From the NCBI GenBank assembly GCA_964451495.1, contig CAYVHS010000004.1:1-61622 (forward strand): 61,622 bases of DNA, in the 5' to 3' direction. Numbering within the stretch: the stretch's first letter is position 1; every line of letters begins with the position of its first letter. Made by a program: the position numbers and the translations under genes. Positions 35,639 through 43,924 of this stretch are shown one piece after another. Below the pieces are notes generated by a model. That model did not search any database. It was not told the origin of the DNA and saw only the letters and a program-made list of their open reading frames with translations. The stretch comes from an uncultured Bdellovibrionales bacterium (GTDB lineage: Bacteria > Patescibacteriota > Minisyncoccia > Moranbacterales > UBA1568).

Positions 35639-36492
35639 TTGACAAAAAACTCTATGACATGCCGCAAGGAACGGACATTGCCTGGTGTCCGGGGTGCGGT
35701 AATTTCCCTATTTTGAATATTTTGAAATTGGCCTTAGCAGAACTCGATATCATGCCAGAAAATGTCGTGCTTTGTTCGGGTATTGGTCAGGCCGCTAAAA
35801 CGCCACATTATCTGCGCGTTAATTACTTCAATGGTCTACATGGGCGAGCACTCCCGCCGGCTATAGCCATCAAGACGACGCAACCGAAATTAACGGTCAT
35901 CGCAGAGTCGGGCGATGGCGATACTTATGGTGAGGGCGGGAACCATTTTATGCACACTATTCGGCGCAATCCAGATATCACCAACATCGTTCATAATAAT
36001 ATGATTTACGGTCTGACCAAGGGTCAAGCGTCGCCGACTTCAGAGAGAGGTCTCAAGAATCCGATACAGCCTGAAGGCGTCATCGTAGAGCCTTTCAACC
36101 CTATCGCAGTTGCTCTGGCGTGCGGGGCGACCTTTGTCGGGCGAGCCTTTGCTGGTGATGTCATGGGGGCCAAGGAAGTGGTCAAAGCAGCCATTCTCCA
36201 TAAAGGCTATGCGCTCGTGGATGTCTTTCAGCCGTGCGTCGTGTTTAATAAGCAGAATACCTATCAGTGGTTCAAAGAGCATACCTATACTTTGGATGCC
36301 GAGCGTGACAAGTCTGATAAGATGGAGGCGCTGCGTATCGCTCTAGACCAAGAGAAGCTCGCTCTAGGAATTATTTATCAGGAAACCGGTAAACCGACCT
36401 ATGAGACGCTCGTGCGAGAAGGTGACGAGCCGCTCTATGAGAGAGTACTTGATGAAGCAAAACTGAGCGAACTTATGAAAATGTATCGATAA
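35635..36492 (+). CDS. 2-oxoacid:ferredoxin oxidoreductase, beta (TPP-binding) subunit
   Basis: WCPGCGNFPIL, GDGDTYGEGGNHFMH. ATGA overlap with the alpha subunit. Confidence 0.9.
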   Translation: MIDKKLYDMPQGTDIAWCPGCGNFPILNILKLALAELDIMPENVVLCSGIGQAAKTPHYLRVNYFNGLHGRALPPAIAIKTTQPKLTVIAESGDGDTYGEGGNHFMHTIRRNPDITNIVHNNMIYGLTKGQASPTSERGLKNPIQPEGVIVEPFNPIAVALACGATFVGRAFAGDVMGAKEVVKAAILHKGYALVDVFQPCVVFNKQNTYQWFKEHTYTLDAERDKSDKMEALRIALDQEKLALGIIYQETGKPTYETLVREGDEPLYERVLDEAKLSELMKMYR

Positions 36493-36509
36493 TAAATAAT
36501 AGGGTATAT

Positions 36510-36809
36510 ATGATTCGTTTTGTATCTCTTTTTATTCTGACGTCATGCTTTTTTACCCCTTCTCTTGCTCATGCCTGTCATGGGACTACTCTTTCTGAAT
36601 CAATCTGGATGCTTTTTAGTAAGCCATTTTTTATTCTTACATTTTTTATACTCTTTGGGTTCTTGTTAGCATTTCGGTTAGTGAGAAAAAAGTACTCGAG
36701 TGCGGTTAGACTGCAGAAAATATTAAAAATAGCAACAATCGTTGCTATTCTACCACTTCTTTTTTATGTGATATCTTTCACGTATATCGCTCTGTATGCT
36801 AAGTGCTAA
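36510..36809 (+). CDS. small membrane protein (signal peptide plus 2 TM)
   Basis: Hydrophobic segments only. No motif recognised. Confidence 0.5.
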   Translation: MIRFVSLFILTSCFFTPSLAHACHGTTLSESIWMLFSKPFFILTFFILFGFLLAFRLVRKKYSSAVRLQKILKIATIVAILPLLFYVISFTYIALYAKC

Positions 36810-37123
36810 TCTAACCCCAGTCGGATTTTTGATTCCTCGGTCATTTTGTCTGGGGTCCAAGGAGGATCAAAGGTGAGGTTAATTTTCACGTCTTCGATGC
36901 CGTCAATCTCCATGAGTTTGTCCTCGATTTCTTTCTGGATGACGCCAAAGAGTGGGCAGCCAATAGTTGTGAGAGTCATCGTAACGGTGCAGACGCCTGC
37001 TTTGGAGAGAGCCGTCTCGTAGATGAGACCGAGGTCCCAGATAGAAATACCAAGCTCTGGATCAAGAACAAGCTTGAGTTTCTCTATGACTTGGCTTTGA
37101 GGGGAGAGTTTCTTTCTTGTCAT
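36806..37123 (-). CDS. DUF59/MIP18-family Fe-S assembly protein (SufT/PaaD-like)
   Basis: VLDPELGISIWDLGLIYE...VTMTLTTIGCPL. Last gene of the suf cluster. Confidence 0.85.
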   Translation of the reverse strand: MTRKKLSPQSQVIEKLKLVLDPELGISIWDLGLIYETALSKAGVCTVTMTLTTIGCPLFGVIQKEIEDKLMEIDGIEDVKINLTFDPPWTPDKMTEESKIRLGLD

Positions 37124-37288
37124 GCCTCGTGTGAAGTTAGGAAAATGTCAAAATCTGAATAACAAATATCAAATCAAATTCTAAGCCGAAATGAATAAGT
37201 GAGATTCGGCATTGAGTTTTTTTAGGTTTGATTTGGTATTCCTGCCTGCTGGTAGGCAAGTGAAATTTGAGCTTCGGATTTTTTCAGG

Positions 37289-37558
37289 CTATTCTGGAAA
37301 AATGATTTTCCCGGTAGCATCCTTGATAATAATGGCGGCGACGGGGCAAGAACGGGCTGCATTGAGGATGGTGTCTTGGTCGTCCTGGTCGATCGTTGCG
37401 AGGATAGCGGCTTTGCCAGTATCATCGAGAGCAAATGATTGGGCGGCCATAGCCGTACAAGGAGCAGCGCCGATGCAGACATTTTGATCGACTTCTACCG
37501 TCCAACCATTAGAGAGAGTTACTGGTCCAGCTGGTTTTCCTTCGTTTTTCCATGCCAT
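37289..37558 (-). CDS. small single-cluster ferredoxin
   Basis: VDQNVCIGAAPCTAMA ... ARSCPVAAIII. Confidence 0.8.
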   Translation of the reverse strand: MAWKNEGKPAGPVTLSNGWTVEVDQNVCIGAAPCTAMAAQSFALDDTGKAAILATIDQDDQDTILNAARSCPVAAIIIKDATGKIIFPE

Positions 37559-37626
37559 AGTGTTGGTTTACCTTATGAAATTGCTCGCTTGATGAGCACC
37601 CGCAAGGCGGGATTTCATGGGGCGGA

Positions 37627-37992
37627 TTATTTTTTATGCGTAAGTGTTTTCTTGAGTGTTTCGAGTGAGAGGAGTCCACATTTTAGCCTGGCAGGCGAAA
37701 GTGTCACTCCAAGGAGCTCGAGTACTTTTGTTGGTTCGAGATGGAGTACTTCACTTACTGGCTTGTCTTTGACATATTCAGTCAGAAGAGAAGCTGATGC
37801 CTGCGAAATAGCACAGCCGGAACCCGAAAACCTCACATCTGCAATGGTATCATCTTTTACGAGAATCTGCATCCCGAGCTTGTCTCCGCATGTCGGATTA
37901 TTCGCTTGGGCCGCATGGGTATGACTCTTCAGCTCGTCTTGGTTGCGAGGATTGCGGTAGTGATCGAGGATGAGGTCTTGGTAAATACTCAT
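37627..37992 (-). CDS. sufU: SUF Fe-S scaffold, NifU/IscU-like
   Basis: NPTCGDKLGMQI, GSGCAISQASAS, RLKCGLLSLETL. Confidence 0.9.
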   Translation of the reverse strand: MSIYQDLILDHYRNPRNQDELKSHTHAAQANNPTCGDKLGMQILVKDDTIADVRFSGSGCAISQASASLLTEYVKDKPVSEVLHLEPTKVLELLGVTLSPARLKCGLLSLETLKKTLTHKK

Positions 37993-38090
37993 AAGAAATT
38001 TTCAATTTCTAATTTTCAAACAATGGTATAATTTCTTAATTTTGAAATTTGATTCATTGGAAATTGTTTTAAAATTGAGAATTAGAAATT
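37993..38090 (-). repeat. AT-rich intergenic repeat element, copy S1 (sufS-sufU spacer)
   Basis: Minus strand: AATTTCTAATTCTCAATTTTAAAACAATTTCCAATGAAT...CCATTGTTTGAAAATTAGAAATTGAAAATTTCTT. The termini are inverted (AATTTCTAATTCTCAA vs TTGAAAATTAGAAATT, 15/16). It shares 14-nt blocks with copy S4. Confidence 0.7.
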
Positions 38091-39318
38091 AAACATTAAA
38101 CATTATTTTTTTTATTTCCACGAGCTTTTTTATGAATATATCTATATCTTCTTTGGAATTATATATCGAAAAGGAGAGGCGTGTCGTGGCTGAGAGGCCG
38201 AGGGCCCGGTGGAGGGGAGCGGCGCAGTGCTCGCCAGCTCGTACGCAAATGTTGGATTCTCCTAATAGGTGTGCGATATCATGAGGATGCAGACCGTCTA
38301 ATACAAATGAGAGTATGCCACTTTGCTTTTCTTGGTCTTGTGGTCCGATGATACTGATGGTATCCCCAAATGATTCCCGAAGTCTTTTATCTGCATAGCG
38401 TACGAGAGTGGCTTCATGCGTGTGGATAGTGTCGATTCCTATACTGGCTATGTAATCAAGTGCGGTACCGAGTGCGATGACTCCACCGATATTCGGGGTA
38501 CCTGCCTCGAAGCGGTGAGGGACATCTTTGTACTCGGTTGTTTCCGCACAGGCGTCGAGTACCATGCCGCCTCCATAGGAGACGGGTGCGAGGGTCTCTT
38601 GGAACGACTGCTTCCCGTAGAGGACACCGGTACCAGTAGGGCCAAAGCATTTATGGCCTGAGAAAGCGACAAAGTCGGCATCCCAGAGAGAAACATTGAT
38701 GGGTATATGCGAGATGGCTTGTGCGGCATCGACTATGACGATAACGTTCGGATTTTTTGCTTTAATAAGTTGTATGATATCTGCGACAGGACTGATGGTT
38801 CCTGTGACATTAGAAACAGCTGAAAAGGCTACGAGAGCAGTGTGTTCATCGATGAGATCCGCAAATGCCGGTATATCAATACTCCCATGAGTGTCTATCG
38901 GTGCAATGCGAAATTGAGCACCTGTTTTGGCAGTAAGTTCTTTCCAGGGGAGGAAATTGGAATGGTGTTCGAGAGCTGTGACGACGATATTGTCGCTTGG
39001 TCGTATCGAGGACTCGAGTAGCTGTGCTGCGAGATTGAGCGAGGCGGTCGTGCCAGAAGTGAAGATAATCTCTTTTTCGCTTTTCGCACTGATGAAGTGA
39101 GCGATTTTTGTTCGAACCGCTTCGAATTTTTCTGTAGCCGTTTCTGCGAGTGGGTAGAGTCCACGCCCCACGTTGGTCGAATATTGTTCGAGATATTCAC
39201 ACTCGGCATCGATCACCACTTGCGGCTTGAGCGATGTAGCAGCCGAATCCAAATACACCAAATCGGGTTGGTTGGTGAAAATCGGAAAATTGCTTTTAAT
39301 TATTTTTGGGTCGGACAT
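38089..39318 (-). CDS. sufS: cysteine desulfurase, SufS type
   Basis: PLP-Lys motif SGHKCFGPTGTGVLYG. Catalytic Cys in RAGEHCAAPL. Confidence 0.95.
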   Translation of the reverse strand: MSDPKIIKSNFPIFTNQPDLVYLDSAATSLKPQVVIDAECEYLEQYSTNVGRGLYPLAETATEKFEAVRTKIAHFISAKSEKEIIFTSGTTASLNLAAQLLESSIRPSDNIVVTALEHHSNFLPWKELTAKTGAQFRIAPIDTHGSIDIPAFADLIDEHTALVAFSAVSNVTGTISPVADIIQLIKAKNPNVIVIVDAAQAISHIPINVSLWDADFVAFSGHKCFGPTGTGVLYGKQSFQETLAPVSYGGGMVLDACAETTEYKDVPHRFEAGTPNIGGVIALGTALDYIASIGIDTIHTHEATLVRYADKRLRESFGDTISIIGPQDQEKQSGILSFVLDGLHPHDIAHLLGESNICVRAGEHCAAPLHRALGLSATTRLSFSIYNSKEDIDIFIKKLVEIKKIMFNV

Positions 39319-39322
39319 AGAA

Positions 39323-39901
39323 TTAAGAATTTTTGAGATTGATACTAGTTGTATCTATTCCGAGTGCCTGCATCTTTTCTCGAGCGTCTTTGAAAAATCC
39401 GGAAACAAGCAGTTCGGTTGCTTGTTTTTTTGAAAGCCCGCGCGATTCCATAAAAAAGAGTTGGTCCTCGTTAGGTGAAGAGGCTGTAGCGGCGTGCCGG
39501 CAGCGGACGTCATCGGTGAGGATTTCGAGGCCTGGCTTGGCCGAAGAAGTAGCCTGGGGCGAGAGAAGCAGTGTGCGGCATTCCTGTGAGGTATCGGAAA
39601 GCGGAGCATCGTTTCCAATATGGATGAGACCCTCGTAGACGAAAGTTGACTGATCATAGAGGGCACTTTTGATGAGGGCGTGTGAAATCGTATGGGGTGC
39701 GAGGTGTTTTTGGGTGAGGTTGAGAGATGTGTTTTGATCATTTTTTCCTATACAGAAGGAAAAAATATGTGCTTCGGCATGTGCTCCGGCCAGTTCGAAA
39801 GTGATATCTCCCGAGCGATTGAGCATGAAAAACACCACTTTCTCGTTTGCTGTGAGAGTGTAGAGAGTTTGCTTTTCAATTGAGATGTCACGGAAAATCA
39901 T
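39323..39901 (-). CDS. sufD: Fe-S assembly protein SufD, short form (~192 aa, C-terminal-half only)
   Basis: The C-terminal SufB/D block is LLSPQATSSAKPGLEILTDDVRCRHAATASSPNEDQLFFMESRGLSKKQA. ATG at 39901 is preferred because the TTG at 39925 lies in repeat S2. Confidence 0.75.
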   Translation of the reverse strand: MIFRDISIEKQTLYTLTANEKVVFFMLNRSGDITFELAGAHAEAHIFSFCIGKNDQNTSLNLTQKHLAPHTISHALIKSALYDQSTFVYEGLIHIGNDAPLSDTSQECRTLLLSPQATSSAKPGLEILTDDVRCRHAATASSPNEDQLFFMESRGLSKKQATELLVSGFFKDAREKMQALGIDTTSINLKNS

Positions 39902-40023
39902 ACGTTTCTTAATTTCAAAATCCAAATTTCAAATTTTAGAATAAATATAAAAACTCAGAATTTTAAAAACTTACTACATTGAGATTTATTTTGAAATTTA
40001 GAATTTAAAATTTGAGATGATTT
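39902..40023. repeat. AT-rich intergenic repeat element, diverged copy S2 (sufB-sufD spacer)
   Basis: AATTTCAAAATCCAAATTTCAAATTTTAGAATAAAT ... ATTTATTTTGAAATTTAGAATTTAAAATTTGAGAT. Same word set (AATTTC / TTGAAAT) and inverted arms. Confidence 0.5.
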
Positions 40024-41427
40024 TTAACCTACACTCCCTTCCATTTTTAGGTTTATCAATCGGTTGAGTTCGATGGAGTACTCGAGTGGTATTTCTTTGA
40101 CGACTGGGCTGATGAAACCATTGACGAGTAGCCCCTCGGCATCTTCTTTCTTGATGCCACGTGACATGAGATAAAAGAGTTTTTCTGTACCGATTTTTTC
40201 GACGGTTGCTTCATGTTCTATCGTGGCACTTTTGTTATGGGTATGCATAGTCGGGTAGGTGTCGGATCGAGAGGCTCCATCGAGGATGAGTGCATCACAC
40301 ACGACACTGGCCCGAGCATGATGGGCACCTTTGGCGATGTGGACGAGGCCGCGATACGAAGATCGGCCACCATCTTTGGAAATAGATTTGGAGATGACGC
40401 GAGAGGTGGTATCAGGAGCAAGATGCACCATTTTGGCACCGGTATCTTGGTGTTGATCTTTGCCTGCGTATGCAATAGAGAGGACTTCACCATGTGCTCT
40501 TTTACCCGTGAGATAGACGGCAGGGTATTTCATCGTGATGCCTGATCCGATGTTGCAGTCGACCCATTCCATGATGGCGTCTTCTTCGGCGCGAGCGCGT
40601 TTGGTAACGAGGTTGTATATATTTTTGCTCCAGTTTTGTACGGTCGTGTAGCGGACACGAGCGCCTTTTTTGACGAAGATTTCTACCACGGCCGAATGGA
40701 GCGAGGAGGTGCTGTAAATCGGCGCAGTACAGCCCTCGATATAATGTACCGAGCTACCTTCTTCGGCGATGATAAGCGTGCGCTCGAATTGGCCGAAGGC
40801 TTCTGCGTTGATGCGGAAGTAGGCTTGGAGCGGTAGTTTAACGGTGATTCCTTTGGGTATGTACACGAAGGAACCCCCGGACCAGACAGCGGAGTTAAGG
40901 GCGGCGAATTTATTATCTTGCGGGGGAATAAGTTTTCCGAAATATTCTCGGACAAGGTCCGGGTGCTCCTTGACGGCCGTATCCATATCGCAGAAAATGA
41001 CACCATCTTTTTCGAGTTCACGGCTGATGCTTTCGTAGACGACTTCGGATTCGTATTGAGCACTAACGCCGGCGAGAAATTTCTTTTCCGCTTCTGGGAC
41101 GCCGATTCGATCGTAGGTTTCTTTGATTTCATCAGGGAGATCATCCCAACTTTGCGATTGTCTATCGGTCGCTTTGAGGTAGTAGGTGATCGCACTAAAA
41201 TCAATCGGGGCGAGATCGGCTCCCCATGTGGGCATGGGTTTGTTTTGGAACATCTCGTACGCACGCAAACGGAAATCACACATCCATGCGGATTCGTTTT
41301 TGATGCCAGAAATTTCCGTGACGATCTCTTTGTTTAATCCGAGTTCGGTCTTGTGTACCGAACGTTCGGGCATAGAAAAACCGTAGCGGTAATCATCGAG
41401 ATCGAGATTTTTTTTCTGTTTTTTCAT
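40024..41427 (-). CDS. sufB: Fe-S cluster assembly protein SufB
   Basis: 467 aa. It has the typical SufB C-terminus (HEATVEKIGTEKLFYLMSRGIKKEDAEGLLVNGF). Confidence 0.95.
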   Translation of the reverse strand: MKKQKKNLDLDDYRYGFSMPERSVHKTELGLNKEIVTEISGIKNESAWMCDFRLRAYEMFQNKPMPTWGADLAPIDFSAITYYLKATDRQSQSWDDLPDEIKETYDRIGVPEAEKKFLAGVSAQYESEVVYESISRELEKDGVIFCDMDTAVKEHPDLVREYFGKLIPPQDNKFAALNSAVWSGGSFVYIPKGITVKLPLQAYFRINAEAFGQFERTLIIAEEGSSVHYIEGCTAPIYSTSSLHSAVVEIFVKKGARVRYTTVQNWSKNIYNLVTKRARAEEDAIMEWVDCNIGSGITMKYPAVYLTGKRAHGEVLSIAYAGKDQHQDTGAKMVHLAPDTTSRVISKSISKDGGRSSYRGLVHIAKGAHHARASVVCDALILDGASRSDTYPTMHTHNKSATIEHEATVEKIGTEKLFYLMSRGIKKEDAEGLLVNGFISPVVKEIPLEYSIELNRLINLKMEGSVG

Positions 41428-42143
41428 TATCGTATATCATCAAATCCGTTTTCTTCTATTTTTTTGGCCAAGGCTGCTTTGCCTGTCTTGATGAGACGTC
41501 CCTGTTTCATGACGAGCACCTCTTGTGGGTTGATGTATTTGATGAGTTTGGCTGAATGAGTGATGAAAACAATGGTCGTCTTTTTCGGGAGATGCTTTTT
41601 GAGAAATGTAGTAATAGTCTTGAGAGCATCGACGTCGACGCCGGTGTCAATCTCATCGAAGAGAGCAAATTTTGGCTCAAGGAGGACTGCTTGTAGGGCT
41701 TCAAGCTTTTTCTTTTCCCCGCCAGAAAAGCCCTCATTGAGAGACCTTTTCAAAAGTTCGTCTTTGATACCGAGCGTAGCTGCGTATGTTCGTACGAGTT
41801 TGTGGAGCGTTACGGGATCATAGCGTTTTTCGAGAGCGAGACGCATGAGTTCAAAGACCGTCACTCCTGGCAATGTCATCGGTGTTTGAAATGACAGAAA
41901 TATACCGAGCTGAGCACGTTTGTCAGGGGAAAGATTTTTGATATTTTTGCCGTTTACAGAAATTTTTGAGAACCGAGAATAGGTGATGCTCGGATGTCCC
42001 ATGAGGGCACTGGCGAGTGTCGATTTCCCGGAACCATTGGGACCCATGAGGGCGTAGATTTTTCCAGGCTTGAAATCAAACGAGATGTTTTCGAGGATTT
42101 TTTTGCCTTCGATAGAGACGGTGAGATTGTGGAGATTGAGCAT
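41427..42143 (-). CDS. sufC: Fe-S cluster assembly ATPase SufC
   Basis: GPNGSGKSTL, FSGGEKKKLEALQ, LFDEIDTGVDVDAL. Confidence 0.95.
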   Translation of the reverse strand: MLNLHNLTVSIEGKKILENISFDFKPGKIYALMGPNGSGKSTLASALMGHPSITYSRFSKISVNGKNIKNLSPDKRAQLGIFLSFQTPMTLPGVTVFELMRLALEKRYDPVTLHKLVRTYAATLGIKDELLKRSLNEGFSGGEKKKLEALQAVLLEPKFALFDEIDTGVDVDALKTITTFLKKHLPKKTTIVFITHSAKLIKYINPQEVLVMKQGRLIKTGKAALAKKIEENGFDDIR

Positions 42144-42156
42144 AATGGGAGTTGAC

Positions 42157-42573
42157 TTATTTTTTGATGATGGGTGTATGTGGAATGAGTGTATCGAGAG
42201 TTATTTGTGTGAGTGTTTTTTCGATAGCTATTTCGAGAGTTCTCCAGACCTCGTTCGCTTGGCAATGTCCACCCTGGAGACAGGGGAGCGTTCCCTTGAT
42301 TGGTGCAGCAAATGTTTTGATGGGACCGTCGAGTTCGCGGAGAATCTCCCAAGCAGAAATTTCATTGGTTGGTCTGGCGAGGAGATAGCCTCCCTCAGAG
42401 CCCTTCCGTGCGTTGACGATATCAGCTCGTCTTAGGTGCTGAAGAATCTTTTCGAGATAATCTTCGGGAAGATGTTCGGCTTTGGCGAGAGCGTGAATAG
42501 AGATGGGCGTGGTCGTATTTCCGAGAGCTATGACTGCTCGGAGTCCATAATAAGCCTTTTTTGATATTTTCAT
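42157..42573 (-). CDS. Rrf2-family transcriptional regulator (IscR/SufR-like)
   Basis: MKISKKAYYGLRAVIALG... winged helix. C-terminal Cys (GTLPCLQGGHCQ). Confidence 0.88.
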   Translation of the reverse strand: MKISKKAYYGLRAVIALGNTTTPISIHALAKAEHLPEDYLEKILQHLRRADIVNARKGSEGGYLLARPTNEISAWEILRELDGPIKTFAAPIKGTLPCLQGGHCQANEVWRTLEIAIEKTLTQITLDTLIPHTPIIKK

Positions 42574-42580
42574 ACTCAGT

Positions 42581-42620
42581 AGTGAAACTTTGCCAGAATA
42601 TTTTCTGGTAGAATTTCACT
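42581..42620. promoter_or_regulatory. 40-bp imperfect palindrome upstream of the Rrf2 gene; candidate operator
   Basis: AGTGAAACTTTGCCAGAATA|TTTTCTGGTAGAATTTCACT. The half-sites match 16/20. It starts 8 nt from the Rrf2 start codon. Confidence 0.5.
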
Positions 42621-42685
42621 TTTTAGTTCCTGTTATAGCCGTAGTTCTACTACCGGGCATATAATACGGACAAAATTAGTCTGAT

Positions 42686-43336
42686 ATGATGATACCAGAA
42701 ATATATCGGGGTGTCAATACGGAAAAGATGGACAAAAAATTGCTGAGGTGGTACAGAAAGAAGACGGGAGTAGTGTTCTTTTCAATAATTTTGCAGAAAG
42801 CGAGGGCTGTGACAATGTCAAAGATACGTATTATCCTTCCCGCTGTTCTTCCAGAGAGTGGACGGTGGCTGAAAAAGCGACTGATAATGAGACGTGAAAC
42901 GGGGACTTTTCCTACGCAACCGTTCGTGGGCATCATGCCGGCGCACGGAGGGCAGCTTTTTCCGGTAGTCGGACCAGGTTTCATTTGGTGTGACAGCAAT
43001 AATCGGCACAACAAAAAACTTTTTCCTTTTATGGCTGATCCTGCGGTAGGTCCGCCGATATCAGTTACGCGTCTTTTGCGGGCGCACTTTGTATTGCAAC
43101 AGATAGAGCTGATTGATTTGTTGCACAAGCGACCCAATACGTTTGGTGACTGTTGGGAGATAGCCAATGTTGATATCTCACTTGAGCGGAAAAGCATTCC
43201 GCAAGATCGTTTCGGGAGCGAGGCATTTTCTTTGCTTATCGAGGGCGCAAAACGGTATCGATCTGAGGATCACGAAGGTGAAAGAAATATCCTTTGCGAG
43301 AGTCTCTGGTCATATAAGGTGCCTTTTGTAGATTGA
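42686..43336 (+). CDS. hypothetical protein
   Basis: Longest ORF in the interval. The C-terminal half looks protein-like (LRAHFVLQQIELIDLLHKRPNTFGDCWEIANVDISLERK). Start uncertain (ATG 42686, 42728 or 42815). The antisense ORF was judged spurious. Confidence 0.5.
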   Translation: MMIPEIYRGVNTEKMDKKLLRWYRKKTGVVFFSIILQKARAVTMSKIRIILPAVLPESGRWLKKRLIMRRETGTFPTQPFVGIMPAHGGQLFPVVGPGFIWCDSNNRHNKKLFPFMADPAVGPPISVTRLLRAHFVLQQIELIDLLHKRPNTFGDCWEIANVDISLERKSIPQDRFGSEAFSLLIEGAKRYRSEDHEGERNILCESLWSYKVPFVD

Positions 43337-43400
43337 GGGCCGATTTTTTTGGTTTATTGAAAGGAGGAAACAAGAGTTGTTTAAAAACAAGGAGAATGAC

Positions 43401-43826
43401 ATGAATGATACAGGAAGTTTGGGTATCCAGTTTGAAATGGTACAAAACAGTCCAGGCTGGCTACTTCGACAGCTCGGCCTGGAAACGGAGCTGTATCTGT
43501 ATCGGCTGGGGCCCACAGAGAAAAGGTGTGCCAGGATAGTACCGGGTGAACTTGATGATAATATTTTCAATTATGGCCGAGCGTTTCTTTTCCAGGTCAT
43601 AGGAGGAGAGGATTTCTCGCCAATCGTTTTCGTGGATAATCGAGGAGTATCTCATAAGTGCTTTTCGCTTGCTCCGGATTATGGTGATGCTATGACGCGA
43701 AAATTTTTCTTCACGTTTCATTCGCAGGAAGAAGGATTGTATAACAAGACACCTCGGGAGATGAGGCGACAGGGGTTCTCTCTCCCTTTATCGAATGTGC
43801 ATCTGCTGATGTCATCACCCTCGTAA
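43401..43826 (+). CDS. hypothetical protein (141 aa)
   Basis: AAGGAG SD 7 nt upstream of the ATG at 43401. No motif recognised. Confidence 0.6.
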   Translation: MNDTGSLGIQFEMVQNSPGWLLRQLGLETELYLYRLGPTEKRCARIVPGELDDNIFNYGRAFLFQVIGGEDFSPIVFVDNRGVSHKCFSLAPDYGDAMTRKFFFTFHSQEEGLYNKTPREMRRQGFSLPLSNVHLLMSSPS

Positions 43827-43924
43827 GTTTCTTTGAGAATCCTCACAGAATACTTGCGGGGGTTTCTTTTTTTTAAACTTTCGTGTAAAATTCGGCAACT
43901 GTAGAAGTTATCCCTTGCATATAT

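Noticed and set aside
37212-37487. Track ORFs in the ferredoxin/DUF59 spacer (37212-37487 +, 37222-37482 -, 37439-37924 +)
   Set aside because: They overlap the well-supported ferredoxin and sufU genes in other frames or on the other strand, and they have no independent signals.
42676-43197. 173-aa minus-strand ORF overlapping 42686-43336
   Set aside because: Its Ser/Cys/Arg/Ile-rich sequence lacks protein-like segments, and it would start inside the neighbouring gene region. The plus-strand frame gives a more plausible protein, though that call is itself only moderate.
42686-43336. HEPN-like R-x4-H (RLLRAH) in the unknown 216-aa ORF
   Set aside because: A single short motif match is expected by chance. 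There is no supporting domain-level similarity that I can verify by eye.
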